Positions 10,642 through 22,010 of a DNA stretch of 42,392 bases are shown one piece after another. The stretch comes from an archaeon (lineage in GTDB: Archaea; AGJL01; Methanococci; Methanococcales; Methanocaldococcaceae): positions 1-42,392 of the forward strand of contig JAJRSC010000018.1 in NCBI GenBank assembly GCA_024278985.1, read 5' to 3'. Made by a program: the position numbers and the translations under genes. The notes under the pieces were generated by a model that searched no databases, was not told the DNA's origin, and worked only from the letters and a program-made list of their open reading frames with translations. Numbering within the stretch: position 1 is the first letter of the stretch; every line of letters begins with the position of its first letter.

Positions 10642-11505
10642 TTATTCCACCTTAATACCTCTTTTTGTTCTAATTTCTTTAAACTTTTCTCTTAATAGTT
10701 TTGTAATATTTCCTATTTTCTTATTGTTTATAATTCTACCATCTATTTCAACAACTGGAACAATTTCTGCAGCAGTACCAGTAATAAATAATTCATCAGC
10801 AGTATATAAATCATGCAATGTTAAAGGAACTTCTTTAACCTCAATACCTTCCTCTTTAGCAAGTTCTATAACAACATCTCTGGTTATTCCCTTTAAAATA
10901 CTTTGATATTCTGGAGGAGTTTTTAAAACTCCATTTTTAACAACAAATATATTATCTCCAGTACCTTCAACAACAAAACCTTTATCATCTAATAAAAATG
11001 CTTCATCAACTCCTGCATAATTAGCCTGAATTTTTGCTAATATACTATTTAGATAATTTAATGATTTTACAGCTGGATTTAAAACATCTACTGGTAACCT
11101 TCTAACAGAGACAGTTATAGCCCTTATTCCATCCTCACCTAACAATGGAGGCATAGGTATTGCTATACAAAATATATTTGGTTCTTTACATTTTCTTGGG
11201 TCTAAACCAAGGTCACCCTCTCCTCTTGTTACTACTAACCTGATATATGCATCCCTTAAATTATTAACTTTTAATGTTTCTAAAACTACATCTATCATTT
11301 CTTCTTTTGATAAAGGAATATTTAAACATATAGATTTGGCAGAATCATATAATCTATCAATGTGCTCCTTCAACATAAAAACAACTCCATCATAAGCTCT
11401 AATCCCTTCAAAAACTCCATCTCCATATAAAAGACCATGGTCAAAAACAGATATTTTTGCATCTTCTTTATTTACAAATTTACCATTTAGATAAATCTTC
11501 ATCAT
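10642..11505 (-). CDS. ilvE: branched-chain amino acid aminotransferase
   Basis: [36 protein letters not shown] and TGTAAE class IV motifs. Confidence 0.95.
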   Translation of the reverse strand: MMKIYLNGKFVNKEDAKISVFDHGLLYGDGVFEGIRAYDGVVFMLKEHIDRLYDSAKSICLNIPLSKEEMIDVVLETLKVNNLRDAYIRLVVTRGEGDLGLDPRKCKEPNIFCIAIPMPPLLGEDGIRAITVSVRRLPVDVLNPAVKSLNYLNSILAKIQANYAGVDEAFLLDDKGFVVEGTGDNIFVVKNGVLKTPPEYQSILKGITRDVVIELAKEEGIEVKEVPLTLHDLYTADELFITGTAAEIVPVVEIDGRIINNKKIGNITKLLREKFKEIRTKRGIKVE

Positions 11506-11634
11506 TTCACCTTAAAATTTCTCATTATTATATTACCAAACAGTATTTAATAATTTAATGTAATATCCTAAATCCTTATATAGTATAAAAATTATAGAAA
11601 TTTAAAGGTTTAATTTTATTTTGAGGTGAGTTTT

Positions 11635-12657
11635 TTGTCCTGTTTAATTATAGTTGGGGGTCAATGGGGAGATGAAGGAAAAGGGAAAGTTATTAGCTAT
11701 ATTTGTAGTAAGGACAAACCAAATATTATAGCCAGAGGAGGAGTAGGTCCAAATGCAGGGCATACTGTAAATGTAGGTGGAAAGAGTTATGGTATAAGAA
11801 TGATTCCAACAGGTTTTCCTCATAAAGATGCAACACTTGCAATTGGTGCAGGTGTTTTAGTTGACCCAGAAGTTTTATTAAAAGAGATAGAAATGTTAAA
11901 AGAATTTAAGGTTAAAGAAAGGTTAATAGTTGATTATAGAGCTGGAATTATTGAAGAAAAACACAAAATTATGGATAAAAAAGATGAACATCTAGCCAAA
12001 GAAATAGGAACTACTGGAAGTGGTTGTGGACCTGCAAATGTTGATAGAGTTTTAAGAGTTCTAAAACAGGCTAAAGATATAGAAGAATTAAAGGAATTTT
12101 TAGGAGATGTATCTGATTTAATAAATGATGCTTTGGATAATGATAAAGATGTATTAATAGAAGGAACTCAGGGAACTTTTTTATCTTTATATTATGGAAC
12201 ATATCCTTATGTTACTTCTAAAGATACAACTGCCTCAAGTTTTGCAGCAGATGTTGGAATAGGTCCTACAAGAGTAGATGATGTTTTAGTTGTTTTTAAA
12301 AGTTTTCCTACAAGAGTAGGAGCAGGACCATTTCCAACAGAAATGTCTGAGGAATAAGCTGAAAAATTGGGATTAGTAGAGTATGGAACAGTTACTGGAA
12401 GAAGGAGAAGAGTTGGATATTTTGATTTTGAAATGGCTAAAAAAGCCTGTAAATTAAATGGAGCTACTCAAATAGCAATAACAGGATTAGACAAATATGA
12501 TAAAGAATGTTATGGAGTAAAAGAATACAATAAATTAACAAAAAAAGCAAGAGATTTTATTGAAAAAATTGAAGATGTTACAAAGGTTCCAGTAACTATT
12601 ATTTCAACAGGACCAGGAATAAATCAAACAATAGATTTAAGAGCTGAAAAATTATAG
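11635..12657 (+). CDS. purA: adenylosuccinate synthetase (short archaeal type) with an in-frame TAA at 12355-12357 (sequence error, pseudogene or split gene)
   Basis: [23 protein letters not shown], then same-frame [13 protein letters not shown] and STGP after the stop; TTG 11635 follows the GAGGTGA RBS. Confidence 0.9.
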
Positions 12658-12667
12658 AAAAAATTAT

Positions 12668-12742
12668 AAATGTCCCCCCTGCATCCGACACTCCCTCATC
12701 TTTGGCATCTGCCACATCAGGAGTGTGGGCCAACAGGGGGGT
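12668..12742 (-). ncRNA. single-hairpin box H/ACA guide sRNA
   Basis: GC-rich island. Minus strand reads CCCCCCUG/CAGGGGGG lower stem, UUGGCCC/CGGAUG pocket, ACACUCC/GGAGUGU upper stem, CUGA...GAUGA K-turn, and ACA 14 nt from the top of the pocket followed by UUU. Confidence 0.85.
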
Positions 12743-12747
12743 AGGAT

Positions 12748-13998
12748 TTAAATTTTATATCTTAATATTCCAGCCATTCCTTTAAAACCTTTTAATATTG
12801 TTGCTCCTTCTTCTGTCTCACTACTTACAGGAACCAACTTAGTGCCTGACAATTCACATAGTTCCTCTAAATATTCAATAAAGTCCTGTTTATCAGCTAT
12901 AGTTAAAGCACCTCCACATTTTGGACATTCTTTATTTTTAATCTCATTTTCAAGTTTTTGAAGTTCTAATTTATCAACAATCTTTTCCTCTTCATAATCA
13001 CAATTATTACATTTTATTTTTACTCTATATTTTTCTAATTCTTCAGAAACAATTAATGTATCTACAGCTCCCATTTGAAGAGCATTTAATATTTCTTTTT
13101 CTCCATATATTGCAAGACCACTATCATCCTTTATTAACTCTTTTAAAAACCTTTGAACAGCTTCTCTTTCTTTCATTAATTCAACATCTTTTAATAATGG
13201 AGCAGCTTTTTCTAAGAGTTCTCTAACACCCCACTCTTCAGTATAACATAAATCAAAGGTATCTAAAACTATCCTTTTTAATTCATGATGTAAATAATCT
13301 CCATTGACAAATTCAAGTTTTGTATTTCCTGGACCTCCTATTAATATTCCTTTTAATTTTTTTTCTTGTAAGATTGGAAGGAATTGCTCAGTTGCCTTTT
13401 GTCCAACTCTTTGTAAAAATTCATGAGCTGCTAAATCAATTAATCTCTCCAATCTTCTTGCTGACTGTCCTCCTGCTTTAAACTTTCCAGGAACTCCACT
13501 TGTTAATCTTTTTAATATTTGAATCTGTCTTCCTTTAACCAATGCAATAGTTGCCTCATTTCTATCAACTAAAATAACTCCATAAGCATCTTTATCTTCT
13601 AAAAATTCCTCCAATGGTTCTAAATAAAATTCAGAACTACATCTATATATATATGTTTTAATTGGTTCTGGTGGTTCAATAACATAAGTTTCCATTTTTT
13701 CAGTTCCAGGCCCACCTTTTTGGACCATTCCAGAAAATATAACTACACCCTTCTCCAGAGGTTCTTTTAAAAGTTTTAATCTTTGTAAAATTGACTCTAT
13801 AGCTGCCTGAACATTTTTTCTTGTACTTTTACTTTTAATGTTAGCTGCCTGACTCATTTCCTCTCTTAAATGTTGGGCTACATCAGATATTCTTCTACCT
13901 GCTGGGATATATAAACTAATTAATTCTGTACCTTTACCTTTTTTTGTTTTTAACTCTTTAATTAATTTTTTTAATGTATAATCTTTAGTTTTTGACAT
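12748..13998 (-). CDS. prf1: peptide chain release factor aRF1
   Basis: GTELISLYIP, NIKS, YRC and GGQS motifs; C-terminal Zn-ribbon insert. Confidence 0.97.
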   Translation of the reverse strand: MSKTKDYTLKKLIKELKTKKGKGTELISLYIPAGRRISDVAQHLREEMSQAANIKSKSTRKNVQAAIESILQRLKLLKEPLEKGVVIFSGMVQKGGPGTEKMETYVIEPPEPIKTYIYRCSSEFYLEPLEEFLEDKDAYGVILVDRNEATIALVKGRQIQILKRLTSGVPGKFKAGGQSARRLERLIDLAAHEFLQRVGQKATEQFLPILQEKKLKGILIGGPGNTKLEFVNGDYLHHELKRIVLDTFDLCYTEEWGVRELLEKAAPLLKDVELMKEREAVQRFLKELIKDDSGLAIYGEKEILNALQMGAVDTLIVSEELEKYRVKIKCNNCDYEEEKIVDKLELQKLENEIKNKECPKCGGALTIADKQDFIEYLEELCELSGTKLVPVSSETEEGATILKGFKGMAGILRYKI

Positions 13999-14073
13999 AT
14001 CATAATCACCTAATAAATTTTTTATTTAATAAAAATAATTATACATTAAATAAAAAATTAAGGAGAGATATAT

Positions 14074-15348
14074 ATGATTGGAGAAAAATCCAAACAATTA
14101 TTTGATGAGGCTAAGAAATATTTAGTTGGTGGAGTAAATAGTCCTGTAAGATATTTTAAGCCATATCCATTTTTTGTTGAAAAGGCAAAGGACTGTTTTT
14201 TATATGATGTTGATGGAAATAGATATATTGATTATTGTTTAGCATATGGACCAATGGTTTTAGGACATGCCAATGAGTTAGTAATAAAAGAAGTTGAGGA
14301 ACAACTATATAAAGGATTTGCTTATGGTTGTCCAACTGAGAAAGAGATTATATTAGCTAAGGAAGTGGTTAATAGAGTTCCATGTGCAGAGATGGTAAGA
14401 TTTGTAAATTCAGGAACAGAAGCTACATTATCAGCAATAAGGTTAGCGAGAGGATATACAAATAAGAAAAAGATTATAAAGTTTGATGGAGCTTATCATG
14501 GAGCTCATGATTATGTATTAGTGAAATCTGGGAGTGGGGCTTTAACTCATGGTATTCCTAACTCTGCAGGAATTCCAGAAGAGGTAACAAAAAATACTAT
14601 TTTAGTTCCATTTAATGATGAGGATAAAGTTAAAAAGGCTGTTGAAGAAAATAAGGAAGATTTAGCAGCTATAATTGTTGAACCAGTTATGGGAAATGTT
14701 GGATGTATCTTACCAAAGGATGGATTTTTACAATTTTTAAGAGAAATAACTGAGGAAAATGATATTTTATTAATATTTGATGAAGTAATAACAGGATTTA
14801 GATTAGCAAGAGGTGGGGCTCAGGAGTATTATAATGTAGTTCCTGATTTAGCCACTTTAGGAAAGATATTAGGGGGAGGCTTTCCAATTGGGGCATTAGT
14901 TGGAAAAAAGGAAATTATGGAACATCTTTCACCATTAGGAAATGTCTATCAAGCTGGAACTTTTAATGGAAATCCTATTTCCATAACTGCTGGAATTGCC
15001 ACTCTAAAGCAATTAGATGACAATTTTTATAAAAAAACTGAAAAATCTGCTGAAATATTGGCAAATACTTTAAGAGAGTTGGTAGATAAATATAATATTA
15101 AAGCTAAAGTTTATCAAATAGCATCAATGTTTCAGATATACTTTAATAATAAAGAAGTTATCAATTATGAAATTGCAAAACAAAGTGATATAAATAAATT
15201 TATAGAATATTTCTATAACTTATTAAAAAGAAATATATTTATCCCACCTTCTCAATTTGAGTGCTGTTTTGTCTCAATAAAACATAATGATGAAATATTA
15301 AATCAGACAATTAACATATTTGAGGAAGTATTTAAAGAATTAAAATAA
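14074..15348 (+). CDS. hemL: glutamate-1-semialdehyde 2,1-aminomutase
   Basis: [31 protein letters not shown] and QAGTFNGNP motifs. Confidence 0.96.
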   Translation: MIGEKSKQLFDEAKKYLVGGVNSPVRYFKPYPFFVEKAKDCFLYDVDGNRYIDYCLAYGPMVLGHANELVIKEVEEQLYKGFAYGCPTEKEIILAKEVVNRVPCAEMVRFVNSGTEATLSAIRLARGYTNKKKIIKFDGAYHGAHDYVLVKSGSGALTHGIPNSAGIPEEVTKNTILVPFNDEDKVKKAVEENKEDLAAIIVEPVMGNVGCILPKDGFLQFLREITEENDILLIFDEVITGFRLARGGAQEYYNVVPDLATLGKILGGGFPIGALVGKKEIMEHLSPLGNVYQAGTFNGNPISITAGIATLKQLDDNFYKKTEKSAEILANTLRELVDKYNIKAKVYQIASMFQIYFNNKEVINYEIAKQSDINKFIEYFYNLLKRNIFIPPSQFECCFVSIKHNDEILNQTINIFEEVFKELK

Positions 15349-15354
15349 TAAATA

Positions 15355-17295
15355 TTATCTTACTTTACTTCCTTCTTTTACATCTTTATCAACAGTTAAT
15401 AATGAAACAGTATTTTCATCTTCAGCTGCTAAAATCATCCCTTCTGAAAGAACTCCACATAACTTAGCAGGTTTTAAATTTGTAACAACTATAACCTTTT
15501 TTCCAATTAACTCCTCTGGAGAATAGTATCCTTTAATGCCTGCTACTATTTGCCTTTTTTCTTCTCCTAAATCTACAATAACCTTTAATAATTTTTTTGA
15601 TTTTGGAATATCTTCTGCATTAATAATTTTTCCTACTTTTAACTCTATTTTAGCAAGGTCATCAATAGTTATTTGATTCATTATTTCCTCCTCATCCTTC
15701 TTTATATTTTTATATAAATTATTTTTCATTTTTTCAATCTTTTCATCATCAATCTTTTTAAAAATAATCTTTGGTTTATTTAATTTATTTCCTCTTAGTT
15801 CTAAATCTAATTTCTCATTCATAATATTTAATAACCCTTCAGATTTCTTTGGCATGTATGGATAAAGTAAGTAGGATATAGTTTTAACCGCTCTACAACA
15901 TGTATATAATATCTGTTTTAATCTTTCTTCATCTTTAATATTCCATGGTTCCATCTTTTGGAAATAACTATTTCCTTCTATAGCAATATGTAATACACTA
16001 ACCAAAGCATCCCTAAATTTAAATTCTCTTATTAATTTATCATATTCCTTAATTTTATTATCTATATAATTTAAAAATTCCTTATCTTCTTTCTCTAAGT
16101 TATTAACAATTGGAATTTTCTTAAATTTTCTATATGTAAATGTAAGTACCCTATGGGTAAAGTTTCCAATTATGTTAATAAGTTCATTGTTTATCTTTGC
16201 TTTAAAGTCATCAAATGAAAAATCACAATCTTTAAAGAGAGGAGCAGCCATAATTAAATAGTATCTTAAATAATCAGGTTCAAATTCTTTAACAAAGTCC
16301 TTAATCCAAATAACCCAGTTTTTACTTGTACTCATTTTTTTTCCTTCTAATGTAAGATATCCTCCACTAACCACTGCTGTAGGTAGATTATAAGAGCCAT
16401 GTGCTATTAACATTCCAGGCCAAAATACTGCATGATGTACTGTTATATCCTTTCCAATAAAATGGTATATTTTTGTATCTTTATCAAACCAGTATTTTTT
16501 CCAAATATCTCCTAACATTTTTGTAAAACTAATATATCCTATTGGAGCTTCAAGCCAAACATACATAACTTGATTACTATTAGGGATAGGAACTCCCCAA
16601 GATATATCTCTTGATACATCCCAATCTTTTAATTCTTTTATCCAATTTAATGCAAGATTTTTAACATGTTCAGGCATTTCATCTGCATTTTTTATATACT
16701 CTTCCAACTCTTTTTTTAAAGCACTTAACTTAAAAAAGTAATGTTTTGTTTTCTTTATAACTGGTTTTCCACCACATAATACACAGTAAGGTTCTTTTAA
16801 TTCAAATGGCTCCAAATGTCTTCCACAACTTTCACAATGGTCTCCTCTTGCTTCTCCTCCACAGTAAGGGCAAATTCCTTCAACATATCTATCTGGAAGA
16901 AATTTTTTACATGATTCACAATAAAATTGTTCTATTTCTTTCTCATAGATATATCCATTTTCCAATAACTTTAAAAAGAATTCTTGAGCTGTTTTTATAT
17001 GTATCTCACTATGTGTCTTTCCAAATGCATCAAACCCAATATTTAAAGAATCTAAATCTTCCTTTATTGCTTTATGATAAAATTCAACAATCTCCTCAGG
17101 ATTCTTTTTTTCTTTTTCTGCTCTTAATAATATAGGAACACCATGGTTGTCTGTACCTCCAATATGAATAACTTCTTCCCCTTTAAGTTTTAAATATTTA
17201 TATAATATATCTGCTGGGATATATGTACTTCTAACATGCCCTAAATGTAGAGGTCCATTAGTATAAGCCAAAGCAGTTGTAATTAAGTATCTCAT
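15355..17295 (-). CDS. metG: methionyl-tRNA synthetase with C-terminal Trbp111-like domain
   Basis: HLGH and KMSTS signatures, Zn knuckles, C-terminal [10 protein letters not shown] domain. Confidence 0.97.
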   Translation of the reverse strand: MRYLITTALAYTNGPLHLGHVRSTYIPADILYKYLKLKGEEVIHIGGTDNHGVPILLRAEKEKKNPEEIVEFYHKAIKEDLDSLNIGFDAFGKTHSEIHIKTAQEFFLKLLENGYIYEKEIEQFYCESCKKFLPDRYVEGICPYCGGEARGDHCESCGRHLEPFELKEPYCVLCGGKPVIKKTKHYFFKLSALKKELEEYIKNADEMPEHVKNLALNWIKELKDWDVSRDISWGVPIPNSNQVMYVWLEAPIGYISFTKMLGDIWKKYWFDKDTKIYHFIGKDITVHHAVFWPGMLIAHGSYNLPTAVVSGGYLTLEGKKMSTSKNWVIWIKDFVKEFEPDYLRYYLIMAAPLFKDCDFSFDDFKAKINNELINIIGNFTHRVLTFTYRKFKKIPIVNNLEKEDKEFLNYIDNKIKEYDKLIREFKFRDALVSVLHIAIEGNSYFQKMEPWNIKDEERLKQILYTCCRAVKTISYLLYPYMPKKSEGLLNIMNEKLDLELRGNKLNKPKIIFKKIDDEKIEKMKNNLYKNIKKDEEEIMNQITIDDLAKIELKVGKIINAEDIPKSKKLLKVIVDLGEEKRQIVAGIKGYYSPEELIGKKVIVVTNLKPAKLCGVLSEGMILAAEDENTVSLLTVDKDVKEGSKVR

Positions 17296-17299
17296 TTTT

Positions 17300-18319
17300 T
17301 CACCTTTTTAGCATATATCTTGCTACAGGGTCATCAATTTTTACAATTTTAGCAAATTTATTTATTGTTTTATTGTTTATCTCAACATTTTTATGAGCTT
17401 CTTTTAAGATATATGGATATCCATCTATTGATATTCTCTTTAAACCTTCTAATATGTCAGGACTTGTTTTTTTAAAACTTGTTAATCCCAAAATACAACC
17501 ATTTTTTTCTACTCTAACAAACTGTAGATAGATATTTTCTAAATTTATATTAAACTCTCTTAAATAGTTGATACTCTTAATTATAGAACTTAACCTTTCA
17601 TGTCTCTCTTTTTTTAAATTTCCAATAACATCAATTAAATTTAATGGTTTTGAATAACCTTCCCCTTTTGTAAATCTTGTAAAGATAGATATATCTGGGA
17701 CATTTACATCAAAATAAACATTAATTTTTGATGTTTTAGAGATTCCTATTAATCTATCTTTAAACTCTTCTAAAATCTTTTTTAGAATTATCATATAATC
17801 AACATCCCAAAATTCATAATTAATATTAAAGTTTCCAGATTTAATTTCATCCTCAATTATCTTTTTTCTTTCTTTATAATAGGATAAGTACCTCTCTTTT
17901 AAATTATTAGGAAGGTCTGCTTTAGTGGAAATTAATAATGAATAGAGAGAACCATCAAATAAATAATAATCAACATCATCTATATTTTTTAATAAATAGT
18001 AAGCCAACTTCAACTCTAAAGTTAGCATAAAAATTTTTAATTTTTTTTCTATTTCAAGAGGGTGGGCTATATCAAATATAAAACATTTTTTAAATTCTTC
18101 TATTTTTTCTGAATGTATGTAATTTACAGCCCCTACTCCAAAAAAGGTAAAGGATAAATAATCAATTTTATTTAAACTACCATCTCCTGCTGCAAATGTT
18201 GCCTCATTTTCTTCAAAGTTCTTAGAAATCCAATACTCATTTATATTATAGTTAATATCCTTAAGTTCTTGAATTTTTTTTATTATTCTATCTTTATCTT
18301 TTAATAAAAATTCAATCAT
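17300..18319 (-). CDS. nurA: NurA-family nuclease
   Basis: AAGDGS, LFDGSL, GISKTS and GYPYIL.EAH motifs. Confidence 0.88.
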   Translation of the reverse strand: MIEFLLKDKDRIIKKIQELKDINYNINEYWISKNFEENEATFAAGDGSLNKIDYLSFTFFGVGAVNYIHSEKIEEFKKCFIFDIAHPLEIEKKLKIFMLTLELKLAYYLLKNIDDVDYYLFDGSLYSLLISTKADLPNNLKERYLSYYKERKKIIEDEIKSGNFNINYEFWDVDYMIILKKILEEFKDRLIGISKTSKINVYFDVNVPDISIFTRFTKGEGYSKPLNLIDVIGNLKKERHERLSSIIKSINYLREFNINLENIYLQFVRVEKNGCILGLTSFKKTSPDILEGLKRISIDGYPYILKEAHKNVEINNKTINKFAKIVKIDDPVARYMLKR

Positions 18320-18322
18320 TAT

Positions 18323-19561
18323 TTACCCCTCAATTATACCATAACCAATTAATCTCCATCTTGACCCTACTCTTCTACTTATTGCTACTCTTTCACCAAT
18401 ATCAGCACATATTGGAATTCTTAGTCTTATATCTGCTATATCCTCCCTTGCTGAGGTTATAACTCCAACTGTTGTTGTAGTACCTACATTTAACATTAGT
18501 ACTTCTCCAGTTCTTAATGGCTCTATTTTAAGCTCTTCTTTACTACCAACTACTCTATCCAATAAATGAACTCTAATAGTTATTTTATCTCTAATTGGTG
18601 GTAATGTTCCTGGCAAACCTACAACACTTCCAGTTAAGGCATCTGATTTTGTTAAATAAGGGTCTAATTCTGTCCCTATACCTATTAAACCTCCAGGATG
18701 TGCTTTTTTTAGTTTTACATTTCCAGCAGCAAGAGAAACAATTTTAGTTCTTAATGGTTTCCAAAAAGTTTTATTTTCTTCAGTTACTTTTATTCCTGGT
18801 CTAATTTCAATTTCATCTCCAACTTTAAATTCTCCCTGAATAATAGCTCCTCCTAAAACTCCTCCTTTTATTTCATCAATTGGAGTTCCTGGTTTATTAA
18901 TATCAAAACTTCTTGCAACATACATTCTTGGAGTGGCTTTAGGGTCTCTTTTTGGAGTAGGTATAAAATCTTGTATAGCTTTAAGAAGAACATCAATATT
19001 AGCCTCATGATGAGCTGAAATTGGGATTATAGGAGCTTTTTCAGCAATAGTACCCTTAACAAATTCTTTTATTTGTTCATAATTCTCTAATGCTTGCTCT
19101 TCACTAACTAAATCAATTTTATTTTGGACTATAATAATCTTATCAATTCCTAATATTTCCAAAGCCATTAAATGTTCCTTAGTTTGGGGTTGAGGACATG
19201 GTTCATTTGCAGCTATAACCAATATAGCTCCATCCATTAATGAGGCTCCTGATAACATAGTAGCCATTAATGTTTCATGTCCAGGAGAATCTACAAAAGA
19301 TACTTTTCTTAAAAATTCTGTTTCAGCCAAACAATTTGGACATCTTTGTTTTGTTGTATATGTTCCACATTTTGGGCATTTCCTTATCTCACAATCAGCA
19401 TAACCTAATCTTATAGATATTCCTCTTCTTAGCTCTTCACTATGTCTATCTGTCCATACTCCTGTTAATGCTTTTGTTAAACTTGTTTTACCATGGTCAA
19501 CATGTCCAACCATTCCAATATTTACTTCTGCCTGTTTTTCTGAGGATTTTTTTCTTGGCAT
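18323..19561 (-). CDS. eif2g: translation initiation factor aIF2 gamma subunit
   Basis: [35 protein letters not shown]; ATG 19561 follows the GGTGA RBS. Confidence 0.97.
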   Translation of the reverse strand: MPRKKSSEKQAEVNIGMVGHVDHGKTSLTKALTGVWTDRHSEELRRGISIRLGYADCEIRKCPKCGTYTTKQRCPNCLAETEFLRKVSFVDSPGHETLMATMLSGASLMDGAILVIAANEPCPQPQTKEHLMALEILGIDKIIIVQNKIDLVSEEQALENYEQIKEFVKGTIAEKAPIIPISAHHEANIDVLLKAIQDFIPTPKRDPKATPRMYVARSFDINKPGTPIDEIKGGVLGGAIIQGEFKVGDEIEIRPGIKVTEENKTFWKPLRTKIVSLAAGNVKLKKAHPGGLIGIGTELDPYLTKSDALTGSVVGLPGTLPPIRDKITIRVHLLDRVVGSKEELKIEPLRTGEVLMLNVGTTTTVGVITSAREDIADIRLRIPICADIGERVAISRRVGSRWRLIGYGIIEG

Positions 19562-19653
19562 ATCTCTCACCCATATACAAAATCTTTATTAATAATTAAA
19601 TATTTAATAGACAATAAATAAATTTACTACTTTAAAATACTTTGGGGGTAAAT

Positions 19654-20685
19654 ATGACAAGGTTGGTTGCTAAATTTAATGGTAAAGGAATCCTATTAAA
19701 TCAATATACTTTAAAAAATCCAGCATTAAAATGGGAGAAGCTTGATATTAATTTATATGAGGACAGTATAGAATTTATATTCCCTACTAAAAAATTAAAA
19801 ATTAAAACAGAATATATTGAAGATGTAGGGGCAGATTTACCAAGAAAAGCAATTGAAATAGCTAAATCAACTCTTGAAGATATTACCTATCACTCTTCAA
19901 TAGTTTTCCATCCTCCTGAAATGGATAAGACAATGGTAGGATTTGCCCCCGAAACATCAATTTATGGAAGAAAACCAATTGAAATATTTTTATTAAAATT
20001 ATTTAAAGTTCTTCTTAACAAGAAACCTGTTAAAGTACAATATGCAGCAATGAAAGGAGGTTCTTTAGATCCAAATGCAAAATGGGAGGATGGTTATTTA
20101 CTGTTTGTAATTGTTAAATCAGGTGTTTCAACAAAAGAAATTTTGGCTGTTGCAGTAAATGATGAATCTGGAAAACCAAAAATATATACTCTCTTTACAA
20201 ACCTTGAAGCAATAAGAATTAAAACTAAAGTAATTGATGATAAGGAAGTTGAAGTTTTAGAAATTAAACAAATAAAAAGTAATGAAAGTATAACATCATA
20301 TTTATACTTGGATAACAAAGATAGATTATTTGTCTTAAGATATATTGCTAACTTAACAAAATATAAAAATGTTGTTAAAGACTTACTACCAAAATCTGAA
20401 GAGGATATTTCAGCTGAATTTACTGCTGAAATGTGGAGTGGTGAAAAACTAAAGAGCGAAGTAGAGAAATTAACACCTCAAGAACAGGAAATTTTAGTTG
20501 CATTATATTCAGGAATATCTTCTTTAGAGTTACCAACAATGTTAAATATGGATGTTGATGAAGTAGAGAGAATTTTAGATGATTTAATTGATAAGGGGTT
20601 AGTTAGATTGGTAAGAGTTAGAAAAGAAGTAGAATTATCTGAAAAAGGTAGAGCAGTTACAAACTATATAGTCTCTAACTTCTAA
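19654..20685 (+). CDS. cheF: archaeal chemotaxis adaptor CheF (DUF439)
   Basis: GG.....KWE.G motif and C-terminal ILVALYSG..S.E.P....MDVDEVE.I...L...G....VRVRKEV.L...GR; adjacent to cheY. Confidence 0.85.
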   Translation: MTRLVAKFNGKGILLNQYTLKNPALKWEKLDINLYEDSIEFIFPTKKLKIKTEYIEDVGADLPRKAIEIAKSTLEDITYHSSIVFHPPEMDKTMVGFAPETSIYGRKPIEIFLLKLFKVLLNKKPVKVQYAAMKGGSLDPNAKWEDGYLLFVIVKSGVSTKEILAVAVNDESGKPKIYTLFTNLEAIRIKTKVIDDKEVEVLEIKQIKSNESITSYLYLDNKDRLFVLRYIANLTKYKNVVKDLLPKSEEDISAEFTAEMWSGEKLKSEVEKLTPQEQEILVALYSGISSLELPTMLNMDVDEVERILDDLIDKGLVRLVRVRKEVELSEKGRAVTNYIVSNF

Positions 20686-20702
20686 GAAAAGCTTATATAT
20701 AT
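20686..20702 (+). promoter_or_regulatory. putative BRE/TATA promoter upstream of cheY
   Basis: GAAAAGC-TTATATAT about 60 bp upstream of the cheY ATG; weak evidence in an AT-rich genome. Confidence 0.45.
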
Positions 20703-20757
20703 CTAATCTTTAACTTTCTATAAAAAATTATTACTATTTTATTGTTGAGGTGAAAAA

Positions 20758-21138
20758 ATGCCAAAGATAGTAAAAACATTAATAGTAGATGACTCAGCAT
20801 TTATGAGAAATATTTTAAAAAAAATCCTAACACCTACAGGAAAATTTGTAGTTGTTGGAGAAGCTTCAAATGGTAAAGAAGCAATTGAAAAAGCTAAGGA
20901 ATTACAACCAGATTTAATAACAATGGATATAGTAATGCCAGAAATGGATGGAATAACTGCAACAAGAGAAATAAAAAAGATACTACCAAATGTAAAGATA
21001 GTAATGTGTACTTCTATAGACCAAGAGCAGAAGGTTATTGAGGCAATAGAAGCAGGGGCAGATGGTTATATTGTTAAACCATTCCAAGCTCAGAAAGTTT
21101 TAGAAGAACTAAATAAACTATTCCCAGATGACGAATAA
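20758..21138 (+). CDS. cheY: chemotaxis response regulator CheY
   Basis: Stand-alone receiver domain: VDDS, MDIVMPEMDG, KPF; GAGGTGA RBS. Confidence 0.93.
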   Translation: MPKIVKTLIVDDSAFMRNILKKILTPTGKFVVVGEASNGKEAIEKAKELQPDLITMDIVMPEMDGITATREIKKILPNVKIVMCTSIDQEQKVIEAIEAGADGYIVKPFQAQKVLEELNKLFPDDE

Positions 21139-21215
21139 CTAATAAAATTTTTATAATTCTAAAATATACTTTTTTATGTCTATGTTTAGAAATTAATTTC
21201 TCATTGTGAGATACC

Positions 21216-21968
21216 ATGAAAATTGGAAATGTTGAAATTTCTCAGAAATCTTTAGAGATTATAATTAAAAATATTGTTAGTAAAACCTTAGGAGAAAGTA
21301 TGGAAGATAAAGGTATTGCAGACCATTTTGACCTTGAATGTTTGGCTAAAATAGAAAATGTTGGAAAATATGCTTCAAAGAAAGCAATGAATTTTATTAA
21401 TGATATGACTGGATATACTGCAAAATTAAAAGTTTTTAATATAAAGTTAGCAACTCCTGATGAAATAAAAGAAGAGTTTGGAGATGATAAAAAGATTATT
21501 ACAAAAATTGATTTTTCTGGAGATATAACAGGAACAGGGGTTTTAATATTTTCTGAAGATTCAGCTTTAAGTTTAGCAAATGCAATGCTTTTAGGTATGG
21601 GAATGGAAGCTGAAGGAGATGAATTTGATGAGATGAAAATATCAGCAATTAATGAAGTGTGTAATATATTAATATCTGCTTATGTTGATTCTTTTGCTAA
21701 CTTTATGAAAACAAGTTTAACTATGACACCTCCTGATTTTAAAATTGGTAAAGGTAAAGAATTATTAAAAGAAATTTTTGAAAAAAATAATATTAAAGAT
21801 GATGATATTATTATGGCTTTTAAATCTACACTTGAAGTTTGTGATGTTGGAGCAAGTTTTGATGTATTAATAGTTTTACCAAATAATTCAGTATCTAAGT
21901 TATTCGAAGCAATTAAAAAAGGAGAGGTTAATGATAAATTAAGTGCAAAATATGATGAAAATACTTAA
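21216..21968 (+). CDS. cheC: CheY-P phosphatase, CheC family
   Basis: F.GDI.G...L.F, SAINEVCNILISAY and M..PP motifs. Confidence 0.88.
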   Translation: MKIGNVEISQKSLEIIIKNIVSKTLGESMEDKGIADHFDLECLAKIENVGKYASKKAMNFINDMTGYTAKLKVFNIKLATPDEIKEEFGDDKKIITKIDFSGDITGTGVLIFSEDSALSLANAMLLGMGMEAEGDEFDEMKISAINEVCNILISAYVDSFANFMKTSLTMTPPDFKIGKGKELLKEIFEKNNIKDDDIIMAFKSTLEVCDVGASFDVLIVLPNNSVSKLFEAIKKGEVNDKLSAKYDENT

Positions 21969-22010
21969 TATTCAATTTTTTAATAAATTTACAAGAAAAG
22001 GGGGATTTTT

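Noticed and set aside
12671-12741. GC hairpin as SECIS element or tRNA enabling purA read-through
   Set aside because: The purA stop is TAA not TGA; no cloverleaf; H/ACA features on the minus strand explain it better
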